Position numbers and translations under genes: made by a program. A stretch of 64,000 nt of DNA, from contig NC_043017.1 of the NCBI RefSeq assembly GCF_006345805.1, positions 12,896,001-12,960,000 of the forward strand. The letters are read 5' to 3'. The notes under the pieces are model-generated. The model was not told the DNA's origin. It searched no databases and saw nothing but the letters and a program-made list of their open reading frames with translations. This DNA is from Octopus sinensis. Lineage: Eukaryota. Positions 39,761 through 54,600 of the stretch are shown one piece after another (the stretch's first letter is position 1; every line of letters starts with the position of its first letter).

Positions 39761-42700
39761 GCGACGGGCTTCTTTCAGTTTCCGTCTACCAAATCCACTC
39801 ACAAGGCTTTGGTATATATATATATATATATAAATATATATACATATATACGATGGGCTTCTTTCAGTTTCCATCTACCAAATCCACTCACAAGACTTTG
39901 GTTGGCCTGAGGCTATAGTAGAAGACACTTGCCAAGGTGCCACACAGTGGGAATGAACCCAGAACCATGTCGTTGGTAAGCAAGATATATATATATCTTG
40001 TAGCTTCAAGATGTGAATGATGTGATTGTTTTTAGAATGACATTGTAGGGTAGGTGTGAAAGGCTGATCTGGCTGGTTTGAACATAAAACAAGTATATAT
40101 ATATATATATACACACATATTGATTTAATTTTTAATTCAATTAAATTTTTTGGCTCAAAAAACAAAAGCAAGGCCATGTAGGGGGACATAGAGTTATGTA
40201 CAGGGAGGGTGTTCATACACAGAGTTCAGGCCATTTCTGGTCAAGAGAGACTTTGAACCGCGCGGTCGTCGGCATCTTCACTATCTCGTCTGGCAGCTTA
40301 TTCCATGGATCCGCAACCCGGACAGAGAAAGCCCCTCTCCTTCGATTGAGATGAAATCGCCGTTGAGGCAGAATTAATACCAAGAGATAATATTTATTCC
40401 TACTTCAAACATGGATGTTCTGTTAGAAAAAACAAGTGGAGGTACAATGGCCCAGTGGTTAGGGCAGCGGACTCGCAGTCATAGGATCGCGGTTTCGATT
40501 CCCAGACCGGGCGTTGAGTGTTTGTTGAGCGAAAACACCTAAAAGCTCCACGAAGCTCCGGCAGGGGATGGTGGTGATCCCTGCTGTACTCTTTCACCAC
40601 AACTTTCTCTCACTCTTACTTCCTGTTTTTGTTGTACCTGTATTTCAAGGGGCCGGCCTTGTCACTCTCTGTGTCACGCTGAATATCCCCGAGAACTACG
40701 TTAAGGGTGCACGTGTCCTGTGGAGTGCTCAGCCACTTACACGTTAATTTCACGAGCAGGCTGTTCCGTTGATTCGGATCAACCGGAACCCTCATCATCG
40801 TAACCGACGGAGTGCTTCCCTCCTTAGAAAAAACAACACTGCAGGAAGTACCATGAGAGAAACTCTCATTGGTTTCCAGTGCAAAATGCAAGCTTGCTTA
40901 TATCACTAACGAGGAAATGAATCCCCACCAACTCCAGCACCAAGACCACCAGACCAAGTATGATATTCAGGCCAGATATATATTTCTTTATTACCCACAA
41001 GGGGCTAAACATAGAGGGGACAAACAAGGACAGACAAACGGATTAAGTCGATTACATCGACTCCAGTGCGTAACTGGTACTTTATTTATCGACCCCGAAA
41101 GAATGAAAGGCAAAGTCGACCTCGGCAGAATTTGAACTCAGAACGTAACGACAGACGAAATACGGCTACGCATTTCGCCCGGCGTGCTAACGTTTCTGCC
41201 AGCTCGCCGCCCTGCCAGATATGGATGGTTTAATTCAGGCCAGATATGGATGGTTTAATTGCTAGAGAGTTGATTAACCAGTCAGCACTTAGGGCTAATC
41301 AACAACAACAAAGACGAAAACAACAACAAGAGCATCATTAGAAATTTACCTGTGAAAGTGAAAGTGTTTGTATTGATTGATTCCTGACTGTGAGACCTTG
41401 CTGAAGTTCGTGAGAATAATTCTCCATCACTGAAGATGGTGATAATGCCATGAACAGACTGTTCAATACATCACAACAGATTTGCATCTCTTCTCTGGAA
41501 AAAAAAAAAAAATACAATTCTATATTTTGCTATCCAAAAGGGGGTTTTCAATGCGATCTTTATATACTACTAGCAGTATCGTCCAGCATTGCTCGGGTTT
41601 GTTTTGACCCTTTAGAATTGGAATTTTTGAAAAGTAAAAATTTTGCATCATGTAGCTTGTTATTCTCTTTAAGTGAACATTTTTCTGGTTGAAATACACC
41701 GAAAAATGGCGACACAACAGTAAAAAAAATAGGGATTTTCATAGAAAAAAAGCACCTTTTTGATGTAAATAATTTTTGGTGTTAACATGGTCCGATTTGA
41801 ATTTTTTCTTCTACGGAAGGAAGAGCAAGCCTTCTTCTTTCATACTATCAATTTTGGTCAACTTGTGCTACAAGGTCTCGGAGGAGATAGTGTTAGTTGA
41901 AGGCATTATTATTATTATATATTTCAATCAATCAATAGATAAGCAGGATTAAAAACTAACCTTACTAAAACTATAACACATTTAAACCAATGTACATTGT
42001 ATCGGTATTAATAGTAAACTGCAATAACTAAATTATACTCTAAATTGCGATCAATCTTTAAGTTCAGATAAATAGTAATCCCACCGGTCTTCCATAGATA
42101 CTACTATAATGAAAGTTCAATATAAAATATTTTCCAAACCATAACACAATTGAAATTAATTTAACTAATATTTTTATGAGTGAAATACAGGAGTGGCTGT
42201 GTGGTAAGTAGCTTGCTAACCAACCACATGGTTCCGGGTTCAGTCCCACTGCGTGGCATCTTGGGCAAGTGTCTTCTGCTATAGCCCCGGGCCGACAATG
42301 CCTTGTGAGTGGATTTGGTAGACGGAAACTGAGAGAAGCCTGTCATATATATGTATATATATATATAAGTGTGTGTGTATGTTTGTGTGTCTGTGTTTGT
42401 CCCCCCAGCATTGCTTGACAACCGATGCTGGTGTGTTTACGTCCCCGTCACTTAGCGGTTCGGCAAAAGAGACCAATAGAATAAGTACTGGGCTTACAAA
42501 AGAATAAGTCCCGGGGTCGATTTGCTCGACTAAAGGCGGTGCTCCAGCATGGCCGCAGTCAAATGACTGAAACAAGTAAAAGAGTAATAGAGTATTACAT
42601 CATTCAAAAGTTAAACACTACATATTAATACATCACCACAATAAGTTATAATCTTCACTTACCAGTGACTAATATACACTTAAATTTCATGAAATAGGAA

Positions 42701-45700
42701 CTAATAAAAGTACTTGTAATAAACAACTGTTATAAATCTTGCTATGTTTAAAGCTAATCAAACTGTTTAAAAGACAATAAAACAACAAGTATTAACACTA
42801 TACGTATACACAGAGTGCTGTGAATAAATTGTCACCTTAATTATGCAGAAGTGAAAATAACACTGGCATCTCATTTTAACAGATACATTTACCAAAATTA
42901 CAGAAAAATATCTTGAAATACTAAAGAGTATATTTATTCAATAAAATTGCCATTGGCTTCAACCACGGCCTCCAGACAACTTCAGAATCTCCTGCAACTC
43001 TTCTGGATGGTGTCCTTGTTTAAGTTGGTGAATGCTGCCATAATCCTTGCCTTCAATTCATCTTTGGTGTTACAAGGAGTTTTGTTGGTCTCTCGCTCAA
43101 CTGCATCCCACACATCAAGGGAGTTGCAGTCTGGGGAGTTAGGTGACCAGATGTTAGGGTGGTGTGGTCACAGAAATTATCTGACAGCCATGACTGGGTT
43201 CTTCTGCTTGTGTGGCATAGAGGCAGGTATTGTAATAGCTCTCGGTTATATTCAAGGTTTCAGCTAATCACATCAGGTAATAATAAGCTTTTACAGTGTT
43301 GTGAACACTGTAAAAGCTGCAAGACATGACATGAACAACTGCAATGGAGGCTACAAAGCTGTGCCCAGCAAACTGTGACAGTTTTTGGGTGTATCTCCAG
43401 TGAGGGTAATGTCCCAGATCTTTGAACAGGGTCTTAGGCTCAATTCAGAAAGAACATGCTGAGACCTTTATCCTACAGTGAACTGAACATAGGCAATCAA
43501 AGTCGTTTGTTCCTAATCTTCTATGGAAACACATCTGGTTATAGGGAAGTATCACCTTGCTTGGAAACAGGCAAGGGTAGACAAGAAAGGCACCTGGCTA
43601 TAGAAAATTTGCCTCAACAAATTCCTTTTGATTCATGCAAGTATATACAGTCCAAATATTCTACCTGTTATATGTTAAAATTAGCCAGCTCCAACCTCTT
43701 GTACCTATCATACAATGTCATTCAAAAATAGATAATCACATCATCGAAATCTTAAAGCTACAAGATAATGCATGATTAATTAATAATGCTACAAGATGCA
43801 TGATTAACCCTTTTGTTACCAACCCGGCTGAAACCATCTCTGGCTCTGTGGTACAAATGTCTTGTTTTCACAAGTTTTGAATTAAAATCTTCCACCAAAC
43901 CTTAGTCACAATTTATGTTCCTAACACTAGCTTAATGATAACTAAGTTATTTTACTAAATTCTCTGTTATAATTAAAGTAATTGAAAGAAACAGAGAGTA
44001 TCTCAAAATAAATACAGTAACGAAAGGGTTAATTCAAAGCAATATGAATGAAAAAGCATTTTTTTTTTTTAATAGAATAATCTGAATGCAGAAGGGTTAA
44101 AATAATGAGAATGTTGATATAGAAATTACTGCACAGCTTTTGTGAATTTAAGTGAAATTTTCGAGGTGTGATAGATGTAAACATCGGATGGAATGAGGAG
44201 ACGAAGGAAACTAGTGATAGTTTGTGAAGGCAACAATTAGCCAATTATAAATATAGCTTATTTATTTATTTATTTGTGTATTTTTTAGTCATTAAATTAA
44301 CAGGTCATGTACTGTTTAAAATTTCTGAAAAAAAAAAGAAAAAAATTGAGAGCCAGTATTTACATAACATACAAAGAATAAACAGAAATGTATAGTAATT
44401 GTGGTTGTTTTGCTCCAGACTAGGCCTGATCAACAGACCTGTAGGATCAAAAGCAACCCACCCATGACCATCCTGTTTTCCACTGACAGTGTATCTAGGG
44501 TTACATACATTACTTTGAGTAAGTTCAGCAACCATATAGAGCAGTTGTCCACAGTGGTGTGTGTAGCAGTGGAATTTTGAAAATATAATTTAAGGTTTTG
44601 GAAAACTTTTATGAATGCTCAATAGGTTAAGTAGTACAGTTCACAACCATGAGGTTCTGGGTTCAATCCCACTCTCTCTTTTTACTCTTTTACTTGTTTC
44701 AGTCATCTGACTGCGGCCATGCTGGAGCACTGCCTTTAATCGAGCAACTCACCCCGGGACTTATTCTTTTGTAAGCCCAGTACTTATTCTATCGGTCTCT
44801 TTTGCCGAACTGCTAAGTAACAGGGACATAAACACACCAGCATCAGTTCTCAAACAAACACAGACACACAAACACACACACGCATACATATATATACATA
44901 TATACGACGGGCTTCTTTTCAGTTTCCGTCTACCAAATCCACTCACAAGGCTTTGGTCAGCCCGAGGCTATAGTAGAAGACACTTGCCCAAGGTGCCACG
45001 CAGTGGGACTGAACCCGGAACCATGTGGTTAGTAAACAAGTTACTTACCACACAGCCACTCCGTGGAATCTTTGGCAAATGTAATTTTTTATATCCTCAG
45101 CTCAACCAATACTTTGTATAGAAGCCCACTGGGTGGATTGTACCAGTAATTCAAAAGGTACAGCCTTGTCTCCCTCTTTCACATACACACTATAATCATA
45201 ATGATTCTGGGAGAGAATTACAAAATGGGTTCACATATCTGTGGAATACTCAGCCACTTAAACATTAATTCAAGAACAGCTAACTTAGTGAATCAAACAA
45301 CGGAATCCTCATAGTCGAATGACAAAGGTCCACAAAAACCAATAAATTCTTGAACATGAAAAACCAAATTCTTCATAATTTGGTCATACACAAATTGGCG
45401 CCATGTGTGGATGTGTGACTAAGGTGCTAGCTTTCTAACCACATTGGTCCTGGATTCAGTCCCACTACATGGTACCTCAGGTAAGTGTTTTCTATTATAG
45501 CCCTGAGGAGATCGATAGTACCAGGATTTACAGAAAATAATAAGTCCCAGGGTTGACTCAGTTGACTAAAACTCTTCAAGGTGGTGCTCCAGCATGACCT
45601 CAGTCTGATGACTGAAACAAATAAAAGATCAAAAGAATTCTCTTGAAGTTCCTAAATTCTTAGGATGTCCACAATATGAATTAATAATTCTATATCACCA

Positions 45701-48492
45701 TATATAGGCGCAGGAGTGGCTGTGTGGTAAGTAGCTTGTTTACCAACCACATGGTTCCGGGTTCAGTCCCACTGCGTGGCATCTTGGGCAAGTGTCTTCT
45801 GCTATAGCCCCGGGCCGACCAATGCCTTGTGAGTGGATTTGGTAGACGGAAACTGAAAGAAGCCTGTCGTATATATGTATATATATAAGTGTGTGTGTAT
45901 ATGTTTGTGTGTCTGTGTTTGTCCCCCTAGCATTGCTTGACAACCGATGCTGGTGTGTTTACGTCCCCATCACTTAGCGGTTCGGCAAAAGAGACCGATA
46001 GAATAAGTACTGGGCTTACAAAGAATAAGTCCCGGGGTCGATTTGCTCGACTAGAGGCGGTGCTCCAGCATGGCCGCAGTCAAAATGACTGAAACAAGTA
46101 AAAGAGTAAAGAGTAAAGAGTATATATTCCTACCCTCACTTGCAAAACAATTTTGGGGTTACGACCCTCTTGTAGAAGAGAACACGCAGACCGAAAAATA
46201 CATGAATTTCATCTAGAAATACTTCAGATGTCCCATCAAAAACAAACAAAAGCCTTAGTTGAAAATAAAAGTGGGATTCCAACCAAACAATGCAAATTAA
46301 ACAAGTTGGTTGATGTTAGATTTTGAATTTTAATGACTTTTAAAAGGTAAGACTAGAATAATTTTAGGAAAACAGGGTGTTGTCTTTAAATGTTAGTTCC
46401 CTTGGGCAAATGTCAGAACATGGAACCAGTACAAACAAAGCAATGTAAACTATCTCAAGTGAATTGTCACTTCAGTTCACACACAAGCATTATTATTATT
46501 ATTATTGTTATTATTATTATTGTTATTATTATTATTATTATTATTATATTATTATTACTATTATTATTATTGTTATTATTATTATTATTACTATTATTAT
46601 TATTATTATTATTGTTATTATTATTATAATTCAGATTACATTAAAATGTGTGCACAGCCAAAGCAGACATAGTAGATTCCAGCAGACAAAACAGGGCCTC
46701 TACAACAAATAGTCTAATATAAGTAGTCTGGGATTTAGAATAAAAAAAAAAAGAAAAAAAAGAAGAAAAGATAAAGAAAAACACTGCTTCTCTTTGGTGA
46801 CATTTAAGAATGCTCTCACTGACTGTGAGAGAAGAGAAGAATCTAATTGAAAAGTTAGCAGCGATTCTATTCCAACAGAAATTTACATGAGAGGGTTGAA
46901 CTTCACTGTAAGCTAATTTACAGGGATGGCTGCTAACTAGTTAAGAGTTTGCTTTACAACCATGGAGTTTTAGGTTCAAAACCGCTATACTCTTTTACTC
47001 TTTTACTTGTTTCAGTCATTTGACTGCGGCCATGCTGGAGCACCGCCTTTAGTCGAGCAAATCGACCCCGGTACTTATTCTTTTCTAAGCCCAGTACTTA
47101 TTCTATCGGACTCTTTTGCCGAACCGCTGAGTAACGGGGACAAAAACACACCAGCATCGGTTGTCAAGCAATGCTAGGGGGACAAACACAGACACACACA
47201 CGCATATATATATATATATACATATATACGACGGGCTTCTTTCAGTTTCCGTCTACCAAATCCACTCACAAGGCTTTGGTCGGCCCGAGGCTATAGTAGA
47301 AGACACTTGCCCAAGGTGCCATGCAATAGGACTGAACCCGGAACCATGTGGTTGGTAAACAAACTACTTACCACACAGCCACTCTTGCGCCTATGTTCAT
47401 ATTTAGTTATCACTTGAGAGTGGACCGGAGTAAAATGGACTGAAGTGCTTTACTCAAGGACATAAAAAAGATCCAAGAATCGAACCTATGATCTTGGTGT
47501 TGTACACCAGCATTGAAACCATTTTGCGACGCACAATTTGTTACATCTACGAGTAATAACAGAGCATGCCAAGGCAACAGATCAATATAAAAACAAGCAT
47601 TCTATACAAAAATAGTGATTGAGTTATATGTAATATAAACTTACATGTAATATAAACTTAATTGACTATTACAAATAATTGTTTGGTTCACTAAAGAAAT
47701 TTTCACAAAATGAAAATAAAAATAATGGAGGAACGGAGAGAGTATTAAAAAAAAAAAAATAGTCATAATGGAAAACTGAAAACAAAACGAAAATACTAAG
47801 TAAAAATACATACATACAAATAGTAAGAAAATACATAGTTATATAATGTGTGTGTGTGTGTGTACCTATATATATATATATATATAATATATATATATAT
47901 ATATCATCATCATTTAGCGTCCACTTTCCATGCTAGCATGGGTTGGACGGTTCAACTGGGGTCTGTGAAGCCAGAAGGCTGCATCAGGCCCAGTCTGATC
48001 TGGCAGTGTTTCTATGGCTGGATGCCCTTCCTAACGCCAACCACTCCGTGAGTGTAGTGGGTGCTTTTTACGTGCCACCCGCACAGGTGCCAGACGGAGC
48101 TGGCAAACGGCCATGAACGGATGGTGCTTTTACATGCCACCGGCACGGGGGCCAGGCGAGGCTGGCAACGGCCACGAACGGACGGTGCTACATGCCACCG
48201 GCACGGGGGCCAGGCGAGGCTGGCAACAGACACGAACGGATGGTGCTTTTACGTGCCACCGAACATGGTAGATGCCAGTGGCCCCTGACTGATTCCTGTG
48301 CCTGTAGCACGTAAAAAACACCTTCGAACATGGTCAATGCCAGTGCCACCTGACTGGCTCCTGTGCTAGCGGCATGTAAAAAGCTCCCACTGTACTCTCG
48401 GAGTGCTTGGTGTTAGGAAGGGCATACCAACATTGCACATACAGCAAAGCATATAGGCTTCATATATACATATATATATACACAAACATATA

Positions 48493-48554
<62 letters not shown>

Positions 48555-49550
48555 AATATACATACATAAGACACACACTGTACTGTAGTTACTCATAGCA
48601 AATTATATATACACATACATATGAGAGAGACAGACAGACAGACAGAAATGTTATATATGTGAGCCAATGGGGGTGCATCTATGTACAGCTTTGATCTAAT
48701 TTAGTATTAATGTTTTGCTTGAGTTTATTTAAAACTCGGAATAATGATTTGACTGGTTCTATCCTATACGAGAAGTCATACATATGCACACACACATATA
48801 AATATCTTCGTTTTATGTCTGCTTTTCATGCTAATGTGTATTGGACATGTTATCACAGTAAGTTCTTATTCAGAGTAAGAATTACCTTCTTAAATAGCTC
48901 ACAGGACCCTCTCATCACTTGTACATTATATTTTGACATAGTTTCTAGAGATTTTTGTGTCCTTCCTATCAGTAACCACTTTACAAAAGGGTATGGGGTG
49001 CAGTTTATCATGGCAGCAATGCAAGAGAGTCCTTGACACAAATTAAGGAGCCACTCAACCCTACATTGTCACCACTCAGCCATACATTGTCACCACTCAG
49101 CCAAAAACTTTACAAAAGACACAGTGAAAGAGACACACATATACAGAGAGTGAAAAGTGCACTCACAAACACACACATATATATAATAACAAAAGACGGC
49201 TATATGCAATATAAAACCAAAAAGGAAAAATTCAATTGTCACTAATTGTGACTGAGGGTGCAAGGCAGCTCCTACATTGCTAGAAATAAGAGTTAAAAAC
49301 CTTTAGACCTGCAAAGAAGCAAATGTCTGTATATATTACTCTCTCACTTGTTTCAGTCATTTGACTGTGGCCATGCTGGAGCACCGCCTTTAATCGAGCA
49401 ACTTGACTCCGGGACTTATTCTTTTGTAAGTCCAGTACTTATTCTATCGGTCTCTTTTTGCCGAACTGCTAAGTAACGGGGACATAAACACACCAGCATC
49501 GGTTGTCAAGCGATGTTAGGGGGACAAACACAGACACACAAACACACACA

Positions 49551-49596
<46 letters not shown>

Positions 49597-49759
49597 TACG
49601 ACGGGCTTCTTTCAGTTTCCGTCTACCAAATCAACTCACAAGCCTTTGGTCGGCCCGAGGCTATAGTAGAAGACACTTGCCCAAGGTGCCACGCAGTGGG
49701 ACTGAACCTGGAACCATGTGGTTGGTAAACAATCTACTTACCACACAGCCACTCCTACG

Positions 49760-49810
<51 letters not shown>

Positions 49811-51605
49811 GAGAGAGAGAGAATAAAAAGTAGAAAAGCACAAATTTCACAGTTAATTTAATTAGTTGCCAACAGCTATATTATTAGGAATAAACATCAT
49901 TAATTATCATTTTATATGGCCAGGTGAGGTGTGACTATGTGGTTAAGAAGCTTCCTTCACAACAATATGGTTCTGGGTTCAGTCCCACTGTGTGGCACCT
50001 TGGACATGTGTCTTCAACTGTAGCTCTGGGCCAACCAAAGCCTTGTGAGTGGATCTGGTAAATAGAAACTGAAAGTAGCCCTGTGTGTGTGTGTGCATCT
50101 CTTGACTTCATGTGATAGCTGTATATGAGTGTCATCATCATACAAGTAGTCCTTTATTTCCAATTTCCCATAGGGAAACAAATGAGGGTTGGCAAGAGGA
50201 AGGGCGTTTGCCTATAGAAAGTCTGCCTGAACAAATTCCAAGTGACCCCTGTGAGCATGGAAGAGTGGATGATGTTAAACTGATTATGTGTGTGTATGTG
50301 TGCACGCATATGTAATCACACTCACATAAACATAGATACAGTATTTCTAAATACGGAGGCACAATGGCCCAGTGGTTAGGGCAGCGGACTCGCGGTCATA
50401 GGATCGTGGTTTCGATTCCCAGACCGGGCGTTGTGAGTGTTTATTGAGCGAAAACACCTAAAGCTCCACGAGGCTCCGGCAGGGGATGATGGTGATCCCT
50501 GCTGTACTCTTTCACCACAAATTTCTCTCACTCTTACTTCCTGTTTCTGTTGTACCTGTATTTCAAAGGGCCGGCCTTGTCACTCTCTGTGTCACGCTGA
50601 ATATCCCCGAGAACTACGTTAAGGGTACACGTGTCTGTGGAGTGCTCAGCCACTTACACGTTAATTTCACGAGCAGGCTGTTCCGTTGATTCGGATCAAC
50701 CGGAACCCTCGTCGTCGTAACCGACGGAGTGCTTCCGATTTCTAAATATTTGTTTCCCATTCATATTTATAAATTCACTGTCGTGCCTACACTCAGGGAT
50801 TTTCCATAATTATAAGATAATTAAATCTCTATCAAAAATATAAAAGAAAGTATAGCTCAGCTTTAAAACGAGATACTAACCAATGCACGATAAAGAGAGA
50901 GTCTTTGGCAGACTTGCTTGTGGAACGCTACTTTTTCATATCAAGAAGTTACTCTTTTACTTGTTTCAGTCATGTGTCTGCGGCCATGCTGGAGCACCGC
51001 CTTTAGACGAGCAAATCGACCCCAGGACTTATTCTTTGTAAGCCTAGTACTTATTCTATCAGTCTCTTTTGCTGAACTGCTAAGTTACGGGGACGTAAAC
51101 ACACGCATCAATTGTCAAGCGATGTTGGAAGGGACAAACACAGACACACAAACATATACACACACATACATATATGTGTCTACATATATATATATATATG
51201 TCTACATATATATATGTCTACATATATATATATGTAGACATATATATATATGTAGACACACATATATATATATATGTAGACATATATATATATGTAGACA
51301 TATATATATATATATATGTAGACATATATATATACATATATATATATATGTAGACATATATATATACATATATATATATATGTAGACATATATATATACA
51401 TATATATAATATGTAGACATATATATTATACATATATATATATGTAGACATATATATATACATATATATATATATGTAGACATATATATATACATATATA
51501 TATATATGTAGACATATATATATATATATATATATATAGACATATATATATATATATATATATATGTAGACATATATATATATATATAATATATATATAA
51601 ATGTA

Positions 51606-51640
<35 letters not shown>

Positions 51641-54600
51641 GTAGACATATATATTATATATATATATATATAAATGTAGACATATATATATATATATATA
51701 TATATAAATGTAGACATATATATATATTATATATATATGTAGACATATATATATATATATATATGTAGACATATATATATATGTAGACATATATATATAT
51801 ATATATATATGTCTACATATATACGACGGGCTTCTTTCAGTTTCTGTCTACCAAATCCACTCACAAGGCTTTGGTCAGCCTGAGGATATAGTAGAAGACA
51901 CTTGCTCAAGGTGCCACACAGTGGGACTGAACCTGGAACCATGTGGTTCATAAGCAAGCTACTTACCACACAGCCACTCCTATGCCTATTGTGAAAAAAG
52001 TTCAGTCATCTTAAATAACAGATTGGACTTGACATAAGCTAATGAGGGAACATTAAGGAGGTACTGGTGGGTGTTACAGAGGTTGGGATGTTTCTTAAAA
52101 GTAAAAAAATTTAAACATGCGTGGCTGAGTGTTAAGAAGCCTGCTTCCCAACCACAGGTTTCTGGGTTCAGTCTCACTGCATGGCACCTTGGGCAAGTGT
52201 CTTCTACTATAGCCTCATGCTGACAAAAGCCTTGTGAGTGGATTTGGTAGACGGAAACTGAAAGAAGCCCATCGTGTGTGTCCTATTACCACTTGACAAC
52301 TGATGCTGGTTTGTTATGTCTCCATAACTTAGTGATTTGTCAAAGAGAAAGTAGAACCAAGCTTGAGAAAACATAGGTAATGGGGTTGATTTTTTCAACA
52401 GAAAATTTAAGGTGGTACCCCAGCGTGGTCTTAATGACTGAAACAAGTAAAAGAATAAAAGCTACAATACTATTTTTAAATAACAATCAGCGGTGGTGCC
52501 CCAGCATGGCCGCAGCCTTCGGGCTGAAACATTTTTAACGATTTATATGTAGGATATTGTTAGCATTGAAGAGAGAAAATAAAACATGCCTGAAGATGTA
52601 TCAATGTCTAATATAATTTCGTTAAATAAGTCCTTGTTTTCGTTAGTAATTTTTATAAAAATTTAACATGGGGTTGCATTAAGCCACACGAATATCTTTA
52701 TATACAAAAGTCAAGTTGTGTGTCTGTCTCCTACGATTTAGATTCCTAACTACTCCCACATTTTGCGGTGCAGTTTAACCAAAACCGGGTATCTTATAGT
52801 CGTGATTCATATCGAGCCCTTCTGGGTATTAGCGCGTGTCTACGATGAGTCTACGATTTAAAAAAAAAATTACCATCATTTTTTTCTATTTCGATGCATT
52901 TTTTACGCTATTACATAAGGGAAGTAACTCTATAAAAATGTCTACGATGAGTCAACGATTTTTAAAAAATTTACCATCATTTTTTTCCCATTTTTAATGC
53001 ATTTTTTTGCTATTTTTTTGTTATAACTCTCTAAAAATGCTTATATAGTTATTTCCCTTACAAACCCGAGCAACGCCGGGCGATACGGCTAGTATATAAT
53101 AAACCATCGCAGTAAATTAGTTTCTGTTCAATGAAAATAATCTATTGCATATTTCCTTCCCTTCTACTTAAAACTGGTGCGAGAGTTACCTCCCGTTTCT
53201 AATGGTAGAGTTACCTCCCTTCAATGAAAAAAGTGATGGATTACAGTTAGGTTGACTATGAAAAGTGATTCCCCATTTGACAGCAACTCAATGAATATTG
53301 CAAATGACAATTGAAAGTGATCAAAGTTTGATCGAAAAACCACAGAAGATCCCTCCATGGGCTGTCCTAATTCCATATATCTCAGCATACGGACATACTG
53401 GAGTGGAAGCACTCCGTCGGTTACGACGACGAGGGTTCCGGTTGATCCGATCAACGGAACAGCCTGCTCGTGAAATTAATGTGTAAGTGGCTGAGCACTC
53501 CACAGACACGTGCACTCCACAGACACGTGCACCCTTAACGTAGTTCTCGGGGATATTCAGCGTGACACAGAGAGTGACAAGGCCGGCCCTTTGAAATACA
53601 GGTACAGCAGAAACAGGAAGTAAGAGTGAGAGAAAGTTGTGGTGAAAGAGTACAGCAGGAATCACCACCATGCCCTGTCGGAGCCTCGTGGAGCTTAGGT
53701 GTTTTCGCTCAATAAACACTCACAACGCCCGGTCTGGGAATCGAAACCGCGATCCTACGACCGCGAGTCCGCTGCCCTAACGACTGGGCCATTGCGCCTC
53801 CACGGACATACTACTATCATTAACATTCGTTTACCATGCTGACATTGATTGGATGGTTCAACAGGAGTGGGAGAACTGCGCCAAGCCCTAAAATCTGCTT
53901 CGACGCGATTTCTATAGCTGGATGCCCTCCGTAACGTCAACTACTTCACAAAGTGCTCCTTTTGTGACACTGCCACTAATGAGATCACCAAGACAACAGG
54001 AAAAGTTTGACTAAGTAGAGGCATAGTAGAGTATATGATGCCATTCCAGTCACTAACCCTCACCTGTTTCCAAGTAAGATTACATTTTCCATGACCAAAC
54101 ATGTTCTCATGAAAGATTGGAAAGATAGAAACCGCCTACATGAAGGGGAGACTCGTTTACAGCTATCTTGTGGTGTTAAAGCAAGGAAACAGTAATGCAC
54201 ACATAATGTATCGAATGGATTTCTTTTCAGTTTCCGTCTACCAAATCCACTTACAAGACTTTGGTTGGACTGAGGCTTTAGTAGAAGACACTTGCCCAAG
54301 ATGCCACGCAGTGGGACTAAACCAGGAGCCATGTAGTTCGAAAGCAAGCTTTTTTCCACAGTCAGGCCTGAGTTGTCTCCCTTAGGTACATCTCATTGAC
54401 AAGAGCCAAGAAGCTTGAAACATCGATGTCTGTGATTCCTAATGGATGGTGACACTATATAAACAGTGTTTGCACACTTATTTACAGTAACAGAGATAAA
54501 TTCTCCAGGGTAAGAGCAGTGTGTTTGCTTTTAGCAGTTGAAATGTGTCACAAGCATATTTCAACTAACCTAAATTTTGCTTATGCCTAAACACTGCTTA

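Noticed and set aside
39313-39918. 201-aa plus-strand ORF
   Set aside because: It runs through SINE A and microsatellite sequence, with no homology or splice logic.
49062-49102. Small tandem duplications (20 bp at 49062; about 22 bp at 41213; RTE-internal at 55840-55930)
   Set aside because: Ordinary slippage events with no visible functional context.
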